Below, piece after piece: positions 21,823 through 32,969 of a stretch of DNA of 64,000 nt. The translations under genes were made by a program, and so were the position numbers. Each line of letters opens with the position of its first letter. The first letter of the stretch is position 1. A model generated the notes under the pieces. The model did no database searches and had not been told where the DNA came from. It saw only the letters and a list, made by a program, of their open reading frames with translations. Source of the stretch: Dehalococcoidia bacterium (GTDB lineage: Bacteria > Chloroflexota > Dehalococcoidia > SM23-28-2 > RBG-16-64-32); contig CAXXTF010000001.1 in the NCBI GenBank assembly GCA_963665775.2, positions 192,001 through 256,000 on the forward strand, written 5' to 3'.

Positions 21823-22795
21823 TTATTCCAAAGTATACATGGCGTGCCCTGATTCATATAGATCCCGATACCGTAGCCGCTTACCCACCATTCCGGCGAT
21901 GATCCTCCGTATCTGCTCCTTGGTGTCGGCCGGACGGTCGTTGTGCCGCCCCGAGAACTCGCTGACGTAGCGATCTAAGTGCTTGGCGCTCATCTGGTGA
22001 TAGGTGCCGACATAGCCCCGTTTCAGCATCGACCAGAACGACTCCATTCCGTTCACGTGGGCTTGACCCTTCACGAACTCTCCCACACTGTGCTTAACGG
22101 CTTCGTGATTTGGGAGGCCGCGATAAGCGGCGTGCTCGTCCGTGTAGACCTTCGCTCCTGGGGCAACACGCTCACCCATGAAGCCCTGTAGGGTCTCACT
22201 CGTGGTGTCAGGGACCGGCCTGGCAGCTACCTGGTTGGTCTCGCGGTCTTTGATGCCGGCCACGGCGACCTTTCCCACCGGGCCGGAGAACAAGCCGCCG
22301 CCACTCTCCCAAGCCCTGCGGATACGGTGGGCCATGTGCCACGCCGTCTTCTGGGTTACCCCTAGGTCGCGGTGCAACTTCATGGAGCTTACACCCTTGA
22401 GACTGGTCGTCATCAGGTAGGAGCATAGCACCCACTTGCTCAGAGGGAGATTTGAGCCCTGCATAACGGTATCGGTCTTGATCGTGAAATCGAACCGGCA
22501 GGCTCGGCACCGAAAGGTCCTGGGCTGACCCGTGCGATCCTGGATGTTTGGGGACTCGCACCGGGGGCACCGAACCCCGTTCGGCCACCTGGCTTCCATG
22601 AACATTCTCTCCATATCTTCCTCGTCCGAAAACTGCCTGACCGCCTCTACGAGCGGTAGACCCTTCCGATAGTGCTTACCTGGTGCCTTGTGTGCCATTG
22701 CTCTTCAACCCTCCCGATAGCTCTATTATGCACTATTTTGGTGAGGATTGTTAAGCACTTTCACACTTGTTTGGGGCAGATTGTATATAATTCCC
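21823..22795 (-). mobile_element. IS1595-family element; transposase 21823-22698 probably inactive
   Basis: RWPNGVRCPRC zinc ribbon, KGVSS-x-KLHRDLGVTQKTAW HTH, YTDE, HVNGMESFWS and GKRLRY motifs. The right end near GTATATAATTCCC is tentative. Confidence 0.85.
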
Positions 22796-22811
22796 TTTCG
22801 AATAGGCGTGC

Positions 22812-22840
22812 TTGACTTGGACAGCCTCCCCTACTACAAT
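22812..22840 (+). promoter_or_regulatory. sigma70 promoter of the ilv-leu operon
   Basis: TTGACT-N17-TACAAT. Confidence 0.75.
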
Positions 22841-22877
22841 CGTTCTTACAATTCCTTACTACAATCGTTCTTACAAT
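22832..22877 (+). repeat. 21-bp direct repeat, period 25
   Basis: TACTACAATCGTTCTTACAAT at 22832-22852 and 22857-22877. Confidence 0.9.
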
Positions 22878-22892
22878 CCCCCTGATAGACAG

Positions 22893-23201
22893 TGGCGGAG
22901 ACGGGGAGTAGTAGGGGCCGATCCGCTCCCAGAGAGTCGGGCCCAGGTGGAAGCCCGGCAGCGGTAAGCGCTGAACTCGCCCCTGAGCCATCGGGCTGAA
23001 TCAGAGTAGGCTCGATCGGGAGGCGCCCGTTACAGCGTTAGAGGGCCCTGAGGTGTTGCTGAGAGAAGGGTACCGCCCCGTCCCAAGCGGGATAGTTGAA
23101 GGCGGGTCTTTTTATTGGCGCGCCAGACCGTCACCTTGGGGAAGAAGGGTGGTACCGCGAGACGACCAAGTCCCGTCCCTTTGGGGCCGGGACTTTATAT
23201 T
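22893..23201 (+). promoter_or_regulatory. T-box riboswitch (Leu specifier) upstream of ilvD
   Basis: AGTA, AGAGA and GGTGGAAG stem-I motifs; GAA-CTC specifier (22976-78); T-box AAGGGTGGTACCGCG (23145-59); terminator AAGTCCCG...CGGGACTTT. Confidence 0.9.
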
Positions 23202-23213
23202 CAAGGGAGATCG

Positions 23214-24890
23214 ATGGCAACGACGAACCGAACCCTGAGAAGCGACCGCATCAAGAAGGGCTTCCGGCGGGCCGCCGCTCGCTCCTACCTGCGGGCGATG
23301 GGCCTGGGAGACGAGGATATCGGCAAGCCCCTGGTGGCCGTGACCAGCTCCTGGAACGAGGCCACGCCCTGCAACGTGCACCTGGACCGGCTGGCTGGCT
23401 GGGCCAAGGAAGGGGTGACGGCCGCCGGCGGGACGCCGCGCGAGTTCACCACCATCGCCGTCTCCGATGGCATCGCTATGGGATACGAGGGGATGAAGGC
23501 CTCCCTGGTCAGCCGCGAGGTCATCGCCGACTCCATTGAGCTGATGGTGATGGCCCACGGTTACGACGGCGTGGTGGGCATCGCTGGCTGCGACAAGAGC
23601 CTGCCCGGGGCGCTCATGGCCATGGCCCGCCTGAACGTGCCCTCGATCTTCCTCTACGGCGGCACGATCCAGCCCGGCCATTTCCAGGGACGAGAAGTGA
23701 CCGTGCAGGATGTGTTCGAGGGGGTGGGTGCGGTGGAGGCCGGACGTATGTCCGAGGAGGAGCTGTACGAGCTGGAATGCGCCGCCTGCCCCGGCGAGGG
23801 CTCCTGCGGTGGCATGTATACGGCCAATACCATGGCCTGCGCCAGCGAGGCGCTGGGCATGGCCTTACCCTTCAGCGCCTCCATCCCGGCCACGGCCCCG
23901 GAGCGCCACGATATCTGCCGGCGCACGGGAGAGACCGTCCTGCGCCTGATCGACCAGGACCTCAAACCGCGAGATCTCCTCACCCGTAAGGCGTTCGAGA
24001 ACGCCACCGCCGTAGTGGTGGCCATCGGCGGCTCCACCAACGCCGCCCTCCACCTGCCGGCCATCGCCCACGAAGCGGGGCTGGAGCTGCCGCTGGACGA
24101 CTTCGATCGTATCGCCCGGCGGGTGCCCCACATCGCCGACACCAGGCCCGGCGGACGCTACGTCATGACGGACCTTCATCGCGTTGGCGGCACGCCGCGG
24201 GTGATGAAGGAGCTACTGGACGCCGGCCTGTTGCACGGCGACGCCCTGACAGTCACCGGCCTGACGGTGGCCGAAAACCTGGCCGACCTGACCTTTGACG
24301 ATGACCAGGACGTGATTCTGCCCACCGAGTCCCCCCTGAAGGCGAGCGGCACGATGGTGATCCTCAAGGGGAACCTGGCCACCGAAGGCTCTGTGATGAA
24401 GACCAGTGGCCTCAAGAAGGAGCATCACAGCGGCCCGGCCCGCGTCTTCGACTCCGAGGATCGGGCGGCCGAGGCAGTGGCCCGCCGCGAGATTCGCTCC
24501 GGCGACGTGGTGGTCATCCGCTACGAGGGGCCTATCGGTGGTCCCGGCATGCGGGAGATGCTGGCCGTGACGGCGTCTCTCGCCGGCCAGGGGCTGGGCG
24601 AAGAGGTGGCCCTCATAACGGACGGCCGCTTCTCCGGCGCCACCCACGGCTTCATGGTGGGACACGTGGCGCCGGAGGCGGCGGTGGGCGGCCCCATCGC
24701 CGCTCTAGAGGATGGAGACACCATCACCCTGGACATACCCCAACGGCTGATACAGGTGGAGTTAGGGGAGGAGGAGATACAACGGCGACTTGGTCAGTGG
24801 GCACCGCCCACCCCCAACTACCTCTCGGGGGCGCTGGCCAAGTACGCCCGCCTGGTATCCTCGGCTGCCAGGGGCGCCGTTTGCAGCTAG
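23214..24890 (+). CDS. ilvD: Dihydroxy-acid dehydratase
   Basis: [21 protein letters not shown] and TDGRFSG motifs. Confidence 0.97.
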   Translation: MATTNRTLRSDRIKKGFRRAAARSYLRAMGLGDEDIGKPLVAVTSSWNEATPCNVHLDRLAGWAKEGVTAAGGTPREFTTIAVSDGIAMGYEGMKASLVSREVIADSIELMVMAHGYDGVVGIAGCDKSLPGALMAMARLNVPSIFLYGGTIQPGHFQGREVTVQDVFEGVGAVEAGRMSEEELYELECAACPGEGSCGGMYTANTMACASEALGMALPFSASIPATAPERHDICRRTGETVLRLIDQDLKPRDLLTRKAFENATAVVVAIGGSTNAALHLPAIAHEAGLELPLDDFDRIARRVPHIADTRPGGRYVMTDLHRVGGTPRVMKELLDAGLLHGDALTVTGLTVAENLADLTFDDDQDVILPTESPLKASGTMVILKGNLATEGSVMKTSGLKKEHHSGPARVFDSEDRAAEAVARREIRSGDVVVIRYEGPIGGPGMREMLAVTASLAGQGLGEEVALITDGRFSGATHGFMVGHVAPEAAVGGPIAALEDGDTITLDIPQRLIQVELGEEEIQRRLGQWAPPTPNYLSGALAKYARLVSSAARGAVCS

Positions 24891-24983
24891 CCTGATCGGG
24901 AGCGGTCGCCCTTACCTCTACGGGTGGGAACTTTCCCCCATCCCCTCGATTCCAGCCGAGAAACCGACGAAAGGGAACAGGCC

Positions 24984-26690
24984 ATGGAGATGACCGGTGC
25001 ACAGATGGTGATGGAAGGCCTCCTACGGGAGGGGGTGGAGCACGTCTTCGGTCTGCCCGGGGGCGCCAATCTGCCCCTGTACGACGCTATCCCCCAGTAC
25101 GAACCGAAAATCCGCCACTACCTAGTGAAGCACGAGCAGGCCGCCGCCCACGCCGCCGACGCCTATGCCCGGGTAGCCAACAAGGCCGGGGTCTGCTTCG
25201 CCACATCCGGGCCGGGAGCCACTAACCTCGTTACCGGCATCGCCAACGCCTGGATGGACTCGGTGCCCCTGATCTGTATCACGGGCGCTGTCATCAAGGC
25301 CCTCCTAGGGCGCGACGGCTTCCAGGAGGCGGACATCACCGGTATCACCATCCCCATAACCAAGCACAACTACCTGATCATGGACGCGCGGGAGATACCG
25401 CAGGCGATGAAGGAGGCGTTCCACATCGCCACCACGGGCCGGCCGGGGCCGGTCCTCATCGACATCCCCCGCGATGTCCTGCAGCAGGTGGCAGAGTTCG
25501 ACTTGCCGGAGCGGCTGGACCTGCCCGGCTACCGCCCCCGCCTCTACCCGGACCCGGAGGAGGTGACCAAGGCCGTCCAGCTCATCGACGAGTCCGAGCG
25601 ACCGGTTATCCTGGCCGGCCACGGCGTGCGCATCGCCCAGGCCTACGACGAGCTGCGGGAGCTGGCGGAGAAGGCGAACCTGCCGGTGATCACCACCCTC
25701 CTGGGCATCAGCGGCTTCCCCGGAACCCACCCCCTCTATATGGGAATGCCGGGGATGCACGGCATGTACTGGAACAACATCGCTATCAGCGAGTCTGACC
25801 TCCTGGTCGCCGTAGGCATGCGCTTCGACGACCGGGTGACGGGCCGCCTGAAGGACTTCGCGCCCAACGCTAAGATCATCCACATGGAGGTCGACCCGGC
25901 GGAGGTGGGCAAGAACGTGCGACCCACGGCCACCCTGCAAGGGGACGCCCGCTTCTGCCTCCAGGCGCTGAACAAGGGGATCACGCACAAGGATCGGCCC
26001 GACTGGTTCGCCCACTTGGATCAGCTGAAGCGAGAGCACCCCTCTATCACCATCCGGGAGACGGCGGAGATCCTGCCCCAGTACGCCATCGATAAGATAT
26101 ACGAGGCCACCAAGGGAGACTGCTACGTGGTGACGGGGGTGGGACAGCACCAGATGTGGGCCGCCCAGTACTTCTGGTACGACAAGCCCAACAGCTTCGT
26201 GACCTCCGGCGGCCTGGGCACCATGGGGTTCGAGGTGCCGGCGGCCATGGGGGTGCAGGTAGCGAAGCCGGACGAGATGGTCTGGTCCATCTGCGGCGAC
26301 GGCGGCTTCCAAATGACGCTTCAGGAGCTAGCCACCATCGCCGAATACGGATGGCCTATCAAGTTCGCCATCTTGAACAACAACTACCTGGGCATGGTCC
26401 GTCAATGGCAGGAGCTGTTCTACCACCAGAACGTAGTGGCGACGCCCCTCAAGAACCCGGACTTTGTAAAGCTGGCTGAGGCCTTCGGCATCCTGGGGCT
26501 GCGGGCCAGCCGCCGGGAAGAGGTAGCGCCGGCGATCGCCCAGGCGATGGAGCATCCCGGGCCAGTGGTTCTCGACATTCAGACCACGGAGGATGAGAAC
26601 ACCTACCCGATGGTGCCGCCCGGCGCCGCGCTCGGGGAAACCGTCGACCTACCAGACCTGGCGCCTAAAGAAGTGGGGGTGGGAGAGTGA
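24984..26690 (+). CDS. ilvB: Acetolactate synthase large subunit
   Basis: HEQAA, TSGPGATN, GDGGFQM and MVRQWQ motifs. Confidence 0.97.
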   Translation: MEMTGAQMVMEGLLREGVEHVFGLPGGANLPLYDAIPQYEPKIRHYLVKHEQAAAHAADAYARVANKAGVCFATSGPGATNLVTGIANAWMDSVPLICITGAVIKALLGRDGFQEADITGITIPITKHNYLIMDAREIPQAMKEAFHIATTGRPGPVLIDIPRDVLQQVAEFDLPERLDLPGYRPRLYPDPEEVTKAVQLIDESERPVILAGHGVRIAQAYDELRELAEKANLPVITTLLGISGFPGTHPLYMGMPGMHGMYWNNIAISESDLLVAVGMRFDDRVTGRLKDFAPNAKIIHMEVDPAEVGKNVRPTATLQGDARFCLQALNKGITHKDRPDWFAHLDQLKREHPSITIRETAEILPQYAIDKIYEATKGDCYVVTGVGQHQMWAAQYFWYDKPNSFVTSGGLGTMGFEVPAAMGVQVAKPDEMVWSICGDGGFQMTLQELATIAEYGWPIKFAILNNNYLGMVRQWQELFYHQNVVATPLKNPDFVKLAEAFGILGLRASRREEVAPAIAQAMEHPGPVVLDIQTTEDENTYPMVPPGAALGETVDLPDLAPKEVGVGE

Positions 26691-27241
26691 CGAACGACAA
26701 CAATCTGCGCAAACACACGATCATCGCTCTGGTGGAAGACCGCCCAGGCGTCCTCAATCGCATCGCCTCCAAGTGGCGGCAGCGGGGCTTCAACATCGAG
26801 AGCCTGGCCGTGGGCCGCTCGGAGAAGCCAGGGCTATCCCGGATGACCTTCGTAGTGGACGCCAGCACAGACGCGGAGCAGGTGGTGAAGCAGGTGGACA
26901 AGCTGGTGAACGTGGTGGACATCCGGGACATCTCGGACGAGAGCATGGTGACGCGGGAGATGGCCCTCATCAAGGTGGGCGTCGACGCCGGCAACCGGGG
27001 CCATATCATCGAAATCGCGGACCTCTTCCGAGCCAACATCGTGGATGTCTCGCCAGGCTCGGTCATTCTGGAGGTGACAGGCGACGAGGCGAAGGTAGAG
27101 GCCATCTTCGAGCTGCTGCGGGACTACACCGTCATCGAGCTGGTGCGCACCGGCCGGGTCGCGATGCTGCGGGGCTCAGCGGTGTCCCACCCGCACCCGC
27201 AGGAGCAGCCGGAGCGCTACGAGGGCCAGCACACGTGGTAG
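26687..27241 (+). CDS. ilvN: Acetolactate synthase small subunit
   Basis: PGVLNRI, FNIESL and ELVRTG motifs. Confidence 0.95.
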   Translation: MTNDNNLRKHTIIALVEDRPGVLNRIASKWRQRGFNIESLAVGRSEKPGLSRMTFVVDASTDAEQVVKQVDKLVNVVDIRDISDESMVTREMALIKVGVDAGNRGHIIEIADLFRANIVDVSPGSVILEVTGDEAKVEAIFELLRDYTVIELVRTGRVAMLRGSAVSHPHPQEQPERYEGQHTW

Positions 27242-27307
27242 GCATAGACGGTCCACAACAACCACGCCGGCCGCCCTATAATCCAAGCAAGTAGGAGGAG
27301 TGAGTCC

Positions 27308-28306
27308 GTGGCCAAGATCTACTACGGCAGCGACGCTAACCTGGAGCTGCTAAACGGAAAGACCATCGGCATCATCGGCTTCGGTTCGCAGGGGCACGCT
27401 CATGCCCTGAACCTGAAGGACAGCGGCGGCGACGTGATGGTGGGGCTGTACACGGGCTCCAAGTCGTGGCCCCAGGCCCAGGAGGCCGGGCTGAGGGTAG
27501 GTACCGTAGAGGCGGTGGCCCGGGAAGCAGACATCATCATGATGCTCGCCCCGGACCAGGCCCAGCGTCAGATCTACCTCGAGAGCATCGAGCCCGGATT
27601 GCGGGCCGGGAAGATGCTGATGTTCGCGCACGGCTTCAACATCCACTTCAACCAGATCGTGCCGCCGCCGGACGTGGACGTGACAATGATCGCCCCCAAG
27701 GCGCCGGGCCACCGCATGCGGGAGATGTTCGCGGAGGGGATGGGCGTTCCCGCCCTCGTCGCCGTCCATCAGAACGCCAGCGAGACCGCTAAAGAGGTGG
27801 CCCTGGCCTACGCTAAGGGCGTGGGCTGCACCAAGGCCGGCGTCCTTGAGACGACCTTCGCCGAGGAGACGGAGACGGACCTGTTCGGTGAGCAGGTGGT
27901 CCTCTGCGGCGGCATCACCTCCCTGGTGAAGACCGCTTTCGAGACGCTGGTGGCCGCCGGCTACCAGCCGGAGATCGCCTACTTTGAGTGCATGCACGAG
28001 CTGAAGCTGCTGGTGGACATGATGCACGAGGGCGGTATGGCCTACATGCGCTACTCCATCTCCGACACGGCTGAGTACGGAGACTACACCCGCGGGCCCA
28101 AGGTCATCGACGACCACGTGCGGCAGTCGATGCGCCAGGTCCTGGGCAATATCCAATCGGGCGCCTTCGCGCGGGAGTGGGTCCTGGAGGGCCAGGCCGG
28201 CCGGCCCAGCTTCCTGGCCCTGCGCAGGCAGAACGCCGAGCACCCTATCGAGACGGTCGGTAAGGAGCTGCGATCAATGATGCCCTGGCTCCAGAAGCGC
28301 GATTAG
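27308..28306 (+). CDS. ilvC: Ketol-acid reductoisomerase
   Basis: [16 protein letters not shown] and SDTAEYG motifs. Confidence 0.97.
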   Translation: MAKIYYGSDANLELLNGKTIGIIGFGSQGHAHALNLKDSGGDVMVGLYTGSKSWPQAQEAGLRVGTVEAVAREADIIMMLAPDQAQRQIYLESIEPGLRAGKMLMFAHGFNIHFNQIVPPPDVDVTMIAPKAPGHRMREMFAEGMGVPALVAVHQNASETAKEVALAYAKGVGCTKAGVLETTFAEETETDLFGEQVVLCGGITSLVKTAFETLVAAGYQPEIAYFECMHELKLLVDMMHEGGMAYMRYSISDTAEYGDYTRGPKVIDDHVRQSMRQVLGNIQSGAFAREWVLEGQAGRPSFLALRRQNAEHPIETVGKELRSMMPWLQKRD

Positions 28307-28448
28307 GACTGAACTGAAAAAGTGATCTCGCTAACCCGCAACGGTCTGCCCACCCTCAACCTTAGCCGGCCCTCCTCGACCACCGTCGAGCGAGGGCCCG
28401 CCTGGAGTCCATTCCGATCATCCCACTCCCAAGGAGGTTGAGCCGACC

Positions 28449-29993
28449 GTGACAGATAAGGTACGAATATTCGATACGACCCTGAGGGACGGCGAGCAGT
28501 CCCCCGGCGTAGCCCTGAACGGCGAGGAGAAGCTGGAGATCGCCCGCGCCCTGGAACGGTTGCGGGTGGACTTCATCGAGGCCGGCTTCCCCGCCTCTTC
28601 CCCCGGCGATCTGGAGTCCGTCACCACCATCGCCAAAGAGGTGCGCGGCACCGCCATCGCCGGCCTGGCCCGCGCCATCTCGGCGGATGTCGACGCCTGC
28701 TGGGAGGCCGTTCGCCACGCCGCCCAGCCACGCATCCACGTCTTCCTCTCCAGCTCAGACATCCACATCCTGCACCAGCTACAGAAGGACCGGGAGCAGG
28801 TGCTGGAGATGGCCCGCAGCCAGGTGGCGCACGCCAAGAAGTACTGCTCCGATGTGGAGTTCTCCCCGATGGACGCCACCCGCTCCGAGCCCGATTACGT
28901 CTTCCGCATGCTGACCGAGTGCATCGAGGCCGGCGCCACCACGGTCAACATCCCCGATACCGTAGGCTACGCCATCCCTGAGGAGTTCGGGGAGTTCATC
29001 CGTAGCATCCAGGAGAACGTGCCCAATATCCATAAGGCCGTGATCTCCGTCCACTGCCACAATGACCTGGGGCTTTCGGTGGCCAACAGCCTGGCCGCCG
29101 TGCGCGCCGGCGCCCGCCAGGTGGAGACCTGCATCAACGGCATCGGCGAGCGGGCCGGGAACGCCTCCCTGGAGGAGGTGGTTATGGCCATCAAGACCCG
29201 CGCCGACTTCTTCGACCTCAGCACTGACCTGGACACCACGCAGATCCACCGCACCAGCCGCCTGGTCTCGCAGCGCACCGGCATGATGGTACAGCCCAAC
29301 AAGGCGATCGTGGGCGCCAACGCCTTCCGCCATCAGTCTGGCATCCACCAGCACGGCATCACCAGGCTGCTGGAAACGTATGAGATCATCAACGCCCAGG
29401 ATATCGGCCTGCCCCGGGGCGGCCTCCTGGTCCTGAACAAGAACTCGGGTCGTCACGGCCTCAAGGCCCGCCTGGACGAGCTGGGCTACGAGATCGCCGG
29501 CGAGGAGATGAACCGCCTGTTCGAGGCCTTCAAGGAGCTGGCCGACAAGAAGGGCGAGATCGACGACCGCGACCTGGATGCCCTGGTGTCCGAGGAAAGG
29601 CGGACGGTGGAGGAGAACTACCGGCTCGACCTCCTCCAGGTCTCCTGCGGGAACCATCTGCTGCCCACGGCCACCGTACGCATTATCGGCCCGGAGGGGA
29701 AGACCGCAGAGACTACGTCCACCGGCACCGGCCCCATAGACGCCACCTTTCAGGCGATTAACCAGCTCATCGGGGTGCCCAACCGGCTGCTGGAGTATAC
29801 GGTCAACAGCGTCACCGAGGGAATCGACGCCCAGGGCGAGGTGGCCGTGCGCATCGAGACCGACGACCGCACCTTCGTGGGCCGCGGCGCCGACACGGAC
29901 ATCGTCGTCGCCTCCGCCAAGGCGTTGATGAACGCCCTCAACCGCGCCCTGGCCTACAGGCCGCGCGAGGAGCAGGTGTGGGCAAACCCCTAG
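28449..29993 (+). CDS. leuA: 2-isopropylmalate synthase
   Basis: DTTLRDGEQ, HCHNDLG and GERAGN motifs; C-terminal regulatory domain. Confidence 0.96.
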   Translation: MTDKVRIFDTTLRDGEQSPGVALNGEEKLEIARALERLRVDFIEAGFPASSPGDLESVTTIAKEVRGTAIAGLARAISADVDACWEAVRHAAQPRIHVFLSSSDIHILHQLQKDREQVLEMARSQVAHAKKYCSDVEFSPMDATRSEPDYVFRMLTECIEAGATTVNIPDTVGYAIPEEFGEFIRSIQENVPNIHKAVISVHCHNDLGLSVANSLAAVRAGARQVETCINGIGERAGNASLEEVVMAIKTRADFFDLSTDLDTTQIHRTSRLVSQRTGMMVQPNKAIVGANAFRHQSGIHQHGITRLLETYEIINAQDIGLPRGGLLVLNKNSGRHGLKARLDELGYEIAGEEMNRLFEAFKELADKKGEIDDRDLDALVSEERRTVEENYRLDLLQVSCGNHLLPTATVRIIGPEGKTAETTSTGTGPIDATFQAINQLIGVPNRLLEYTVNSVTEGIDAQGEVAVRIETDDRTFVGRGADTDIVVASAKALMNALNRALAYRPREEQVWANP

Positions 29994-30102
29994 CGCACAC
30001 AGCCGGGGAGGGCGATGGCATCTCCTCCCTCCCTGGGTTATCCTGATATATGCCCAATTGAATACGCCGAACTGAATTCATAAGTAATAGGAACACACTG
30101 AA

Positions 30103-31506
30103 GTGCAACCGAGTACGCTGTTCGAAAAGATCTGGGACTCGCACGTGGTGCACCAGGAGGAGGGGAAGCCCTCCCTCCTGTACGTGGACCTGCACCTGGT
30201 GCACGAGGTGACCTCCCCTCAGGCGTTCGAGGGGCTCCGGCTGGCCGATCGAACCGTGCGCCGCCCGGACCTGACGATCGCCACCGTGGACCACAACGTC
30301 CCCACCACCGACCGCCGCCTGCCGGTCCGTGACGAGATCTCCCGCCGGCAGATCGAGACGCTGAGCCGGAACTGCGCCGAGTTCGGCGTCAAGCTCTACG
30401 ATATGCACTCCGACCGGCAAGGCATCGTCCACGTCATCGGCCCGGAGCTAGGCTACACCCGCCCGGGGATGGTGATCGTGTGCGGCGACAGCCACACCTC
30501 CACGCACGGCGCCCTGGGCGCCTTCGCCATGCCCATCGGCACCTCGCAGGTGGAGCACGTCCTGGCGACTCAGTGCCTGGTTCAGGCTAAACCGAGGAGT
30601 ATGGAGGTACGGGTGGAGGGTGCGCTGCCCAGGGGGGTCACCGCCAAGGATATGATCCTAGGCATCATCGGGCGAATCGGTGTGGACGGTGCCGCCGGCC
30701 ACGTGGTCGAGTACACCGGAGAAGCGATCCGCGCCCTCTCAATGGATGGACGGATGACGGTCTGCAATATGTCCATCGAGGCCGGGGCGCGAGTGGGAAT
30801 GGTCGCCCCGGACGACACGACCTTCGAGTACCTGCGCGGCCGGCCGTACGTCCCCAGCGGGGCGGACTGGGATGCCGCGGTCGAGGCCTGGAAGGCGCTG
30901 CCGACGGACCCCGGTGCCGTGTTCGACAAGACCCTCATAATCGACGCCTCGGAGCTGGAGCCGTACGTCACCTGGGGCACTAACCCGGGGATGGTCGTCC
31001 CGGTGGGCGGAAGCGTGCCGGAGCCCGCCTCCTTCTCCTCGCCCAGCGATAGATCGGCCGCGGAGCAGGCGCTGGCGTACATGGGCCTGGAACCCGGCAC
31101 GCCGATTCAGGACATCCAGATCGACCGGGTGTTCATCGGCTCCTGCACTAACGCCCGCATCGAGGACCTACGCGCGGCGGCCCAGATCGTGCGGGGCCGA
31201 AAGGTACACGGCGGCGTGCAGGCGATGGTGGTCCCCGGCTCGACCCAGGTCAAGCTCGAGGCGGAGCGAGAGGGGCTGGACCGCGTATTCGTGGAGGCGG
31301 GACTGGAATGGCGAGAGGCGGGCTGCTCCATGTGCCTGGGCATGAACCCGGACATCCTGGCGCCCGGAGAGCGCTGTGCCTCCACCTCCAACCGCAACTT
31401 TGAGGGCCGACAGGGTAAGGGTGGGCGCACCCATCTCGTGAGCCCCGAGACGGCCGCCGCCGCGGCTATCGCTGGGCACTTCGTGGACATCCGGGAGTGG
31501 GAATGA
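30103..31506 (+). CDS. leuC: 3-isopropylmalate dehydratase large subunit
   Basis: [19 protein letters not shown] and CSMC motifs. Confidence 0.97.
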   Translation: MQPSTLFEKIWDSHVVHQEEGKPSLLYVDLHLVHEVTSPQAFEGLRLADRTVRRPDLTIATVDHNVPTTDRRLPVRDEISRRQIETLSRNCAEFGVKLYDMHSDRQGIVHVIGPELGYTRPGMVIVCGDSHTSTHGALGAFAMPIGTSQVEHVLATQCLVQAKPRSMEVRVEGALPRGVTAKDMILGIIGRIGVDGAAGHVVEYTGEAIRALSMDGRMTVCNMSIEAGARVGMVAPDDTTFEYLRGRPYVPSGADWDAAVEAWKALPTDPGAVFDKTLIIDASELEPYVTWGTNPGMVVPVGGSVPEPASFSSPSDRSAAEQALAYMGLEPGTPIQDIQIDRVFIGSCTNARIEDLRAAAQIVRGRKVHGGVQAMVVPGSTQVKLEAEREGLDRVFVEAGLEWREAGCSMCLGMNPDILAPGERCASTSNRNFEGRQGKGGRTHLVSPETAAAAAIAGHFVDIREWE

Positions 31507-31535
31507 TAACACTGCGACGACACAAGAGCGGAGCT

Positions 31536-31636
31536 GTCATTCTGAGCGACAATAGGGAGCGAAGGTTCCTATCCTCCGGTTTCAGCGTACGCCGCCGGGC
31601 CGCTAGATTCTCCCTCGCTCCACTCCTCAGAATGAC
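31536..31636. repeat. REP-like inverted repeat element
   Basis: Perfect GTCATTCTGAG ... CTCAGAATGAC termini between leuC and leuD. Confidence 0.75.
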
Positions 31637-31667
31637 GGGCGGGTCATTGGGATTGTAGGTCATCAGC

Positions 31668-32279
31668 ATGGAACCCTTTACCAAAGTCGCCGGCATCGTC
31701 GCCCCTCTGGAACGGGTGAACATCGATACCGACTCGATCGTGCCGGCCCGGTTCCTCAAACACATCGAGCGCGAAGGATGGGGCGAGTACCTTTTCTTCG
31801 ACTGGCGGTTCCTGGCGGACGGCCGCCCGAACCCGGAATTCATCCTGAACGGCCCCGCCTATCGGGAGGCCTCGATCCTGGTAGTCGGCCGGAACTTCGG
31901 GAGCGGCTCGTCGCGGGAGCATGCGGTGTGGGCCATCCTGCAGTACGGGATTCGCGCTGTCATCGCCCACAGCCTCGCCGACATCTTCCAAAAGAACTCT
32001 TTCGAGAACGGTCTCGTTCCCGTCCTCCTGTCGGAACAGCAGATCGAAGCGATCATGGCCAAGGCGCAGGCCTCCCCGGGATACCGGCTCACCGTAGATC
32101 TGGAGCGATGCGAGGTCTGGGACGATTACGGCTTTCGCTCCCCCTTCGTGGTGCACAACGATCCCGGCACTCACAAGTTCCGGCGGTCATGCCTTCTGGG
32201 CGGGCTGGACGAGATCGCCCTCACGCTTGAGCATGAGGAGAAGATAAGCGCCTTCGAAGGACAGCGTACTTCTGGCTAA
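31668..32279 (+). CDS. leuD: 3-isopropylmalate dehydratase small subunit
   Basis: NIDTD and NFGSGSSREHA motifs. Confidence 0.96.
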   Translation: MEPFTKVAGIVAPLERVNIDTDSIVPARFLKHIEREGWGEYLFFDWRFLADGRPNPEFILNGPAYREASILVVGRNFGSGSSREHAVWAILQYGIRAVIAHSLADIFQKNSFENGLVPVLLSEQQIEAIMAKAQASPGYRLTVDLERCEVWDDYGFRSPFVVHNDPGTHKFRRSCLLGGLDEIALTLEHEEKISAFEGQRTSG

Positions 32280-32298
32280 CGCCGGTAGGGATTGAGCC

Positions 32299-32808
32299 AT
32301 GCCTTCTGACCCCGTACGCGATGTCTGGAACCGGCTGCGCGGATTGGGGCGCGTCGTGGAGGAGGAGCTGTACGACTTCTCTGAGGAGGATGAGTTGGAG
32401 GAGGAGCCGCGCGGCCGTAATACACTCATCGCCCTGCTGAACGCCTTCCTCACCATGTGGAAGGCGAGCCAGGCGAACGTGGCGGAGCGCACCCTGGGCA
32501 CCCTAGGCTTCGGCGGCCTTCTCTGGCTCATCGTGGGGGATCGTGGTCTGGGCGCCCGGCGCTTACCCTTGCGCCTGGCCGCCACCACCTTCGCCCTCAT
32601 CTGGTTCGTGCCGGGGCTTATCGCCGCTGCCTGGACCCTGGGCGTCAACCTCGGCGTCGAGAACCTGCGACGGGCCCGCACCTGGCCGCTCCTCCTGGTC
32701 TTCGCCGCCGGCGGACTCATCACCTTCCGCACCGTCTTCAGCGACCTGGCCCGCCGGCGGCTCCGGCCGCTGCCACGGGCCAAAGACCCACCCGAACCGG
32801 CGGCCTAG
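32299..32808 (+). CDS. Hypothetical membrane protein
   Basis: Acidic N-terminus and three hydrophobic segments. Confidence 0.6.
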   Translation: MPSDPVRDVWNRLRGLGRVVEEELYDFSEEDELEEEPRGRNTLIALLNAFLTMWKASQANVAERTLGTLGFGGLLWLIVGDRGLGARRLPLRLAATTFALIWFVPGLIAAAWTLGVNLGVENLRRARTWPLLLVFAAGGLITFRTVFSDLARRRLRPLPRAKDPPEPAA

Positions 32809-32969
32809 AGATGAGCATCCCCCTCCGATCAACCCATCGCGGAGACGCTCGGCTCGTATGTCCATCATCTTTTGAGGGTTCATCAGGTTGATCGCGGCGA
32901 ACCGGCACGGATATAATCATGGATACAACTAGGGACGCGTTCTGAGCATCGAGAGCTGGGACCGGGTAT

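Noticed and set aside
21810-21870. Left terminal inverted repeat of the IS1595 element
   Set aside because: No convincing inverted match to the 22773-22795 end and no target duplication could be found by eye.
22832-22877. Direct repeat as a mini CRISPR array
   Set aside because: There are only two copies with a 4-nt gap and no cas genes.
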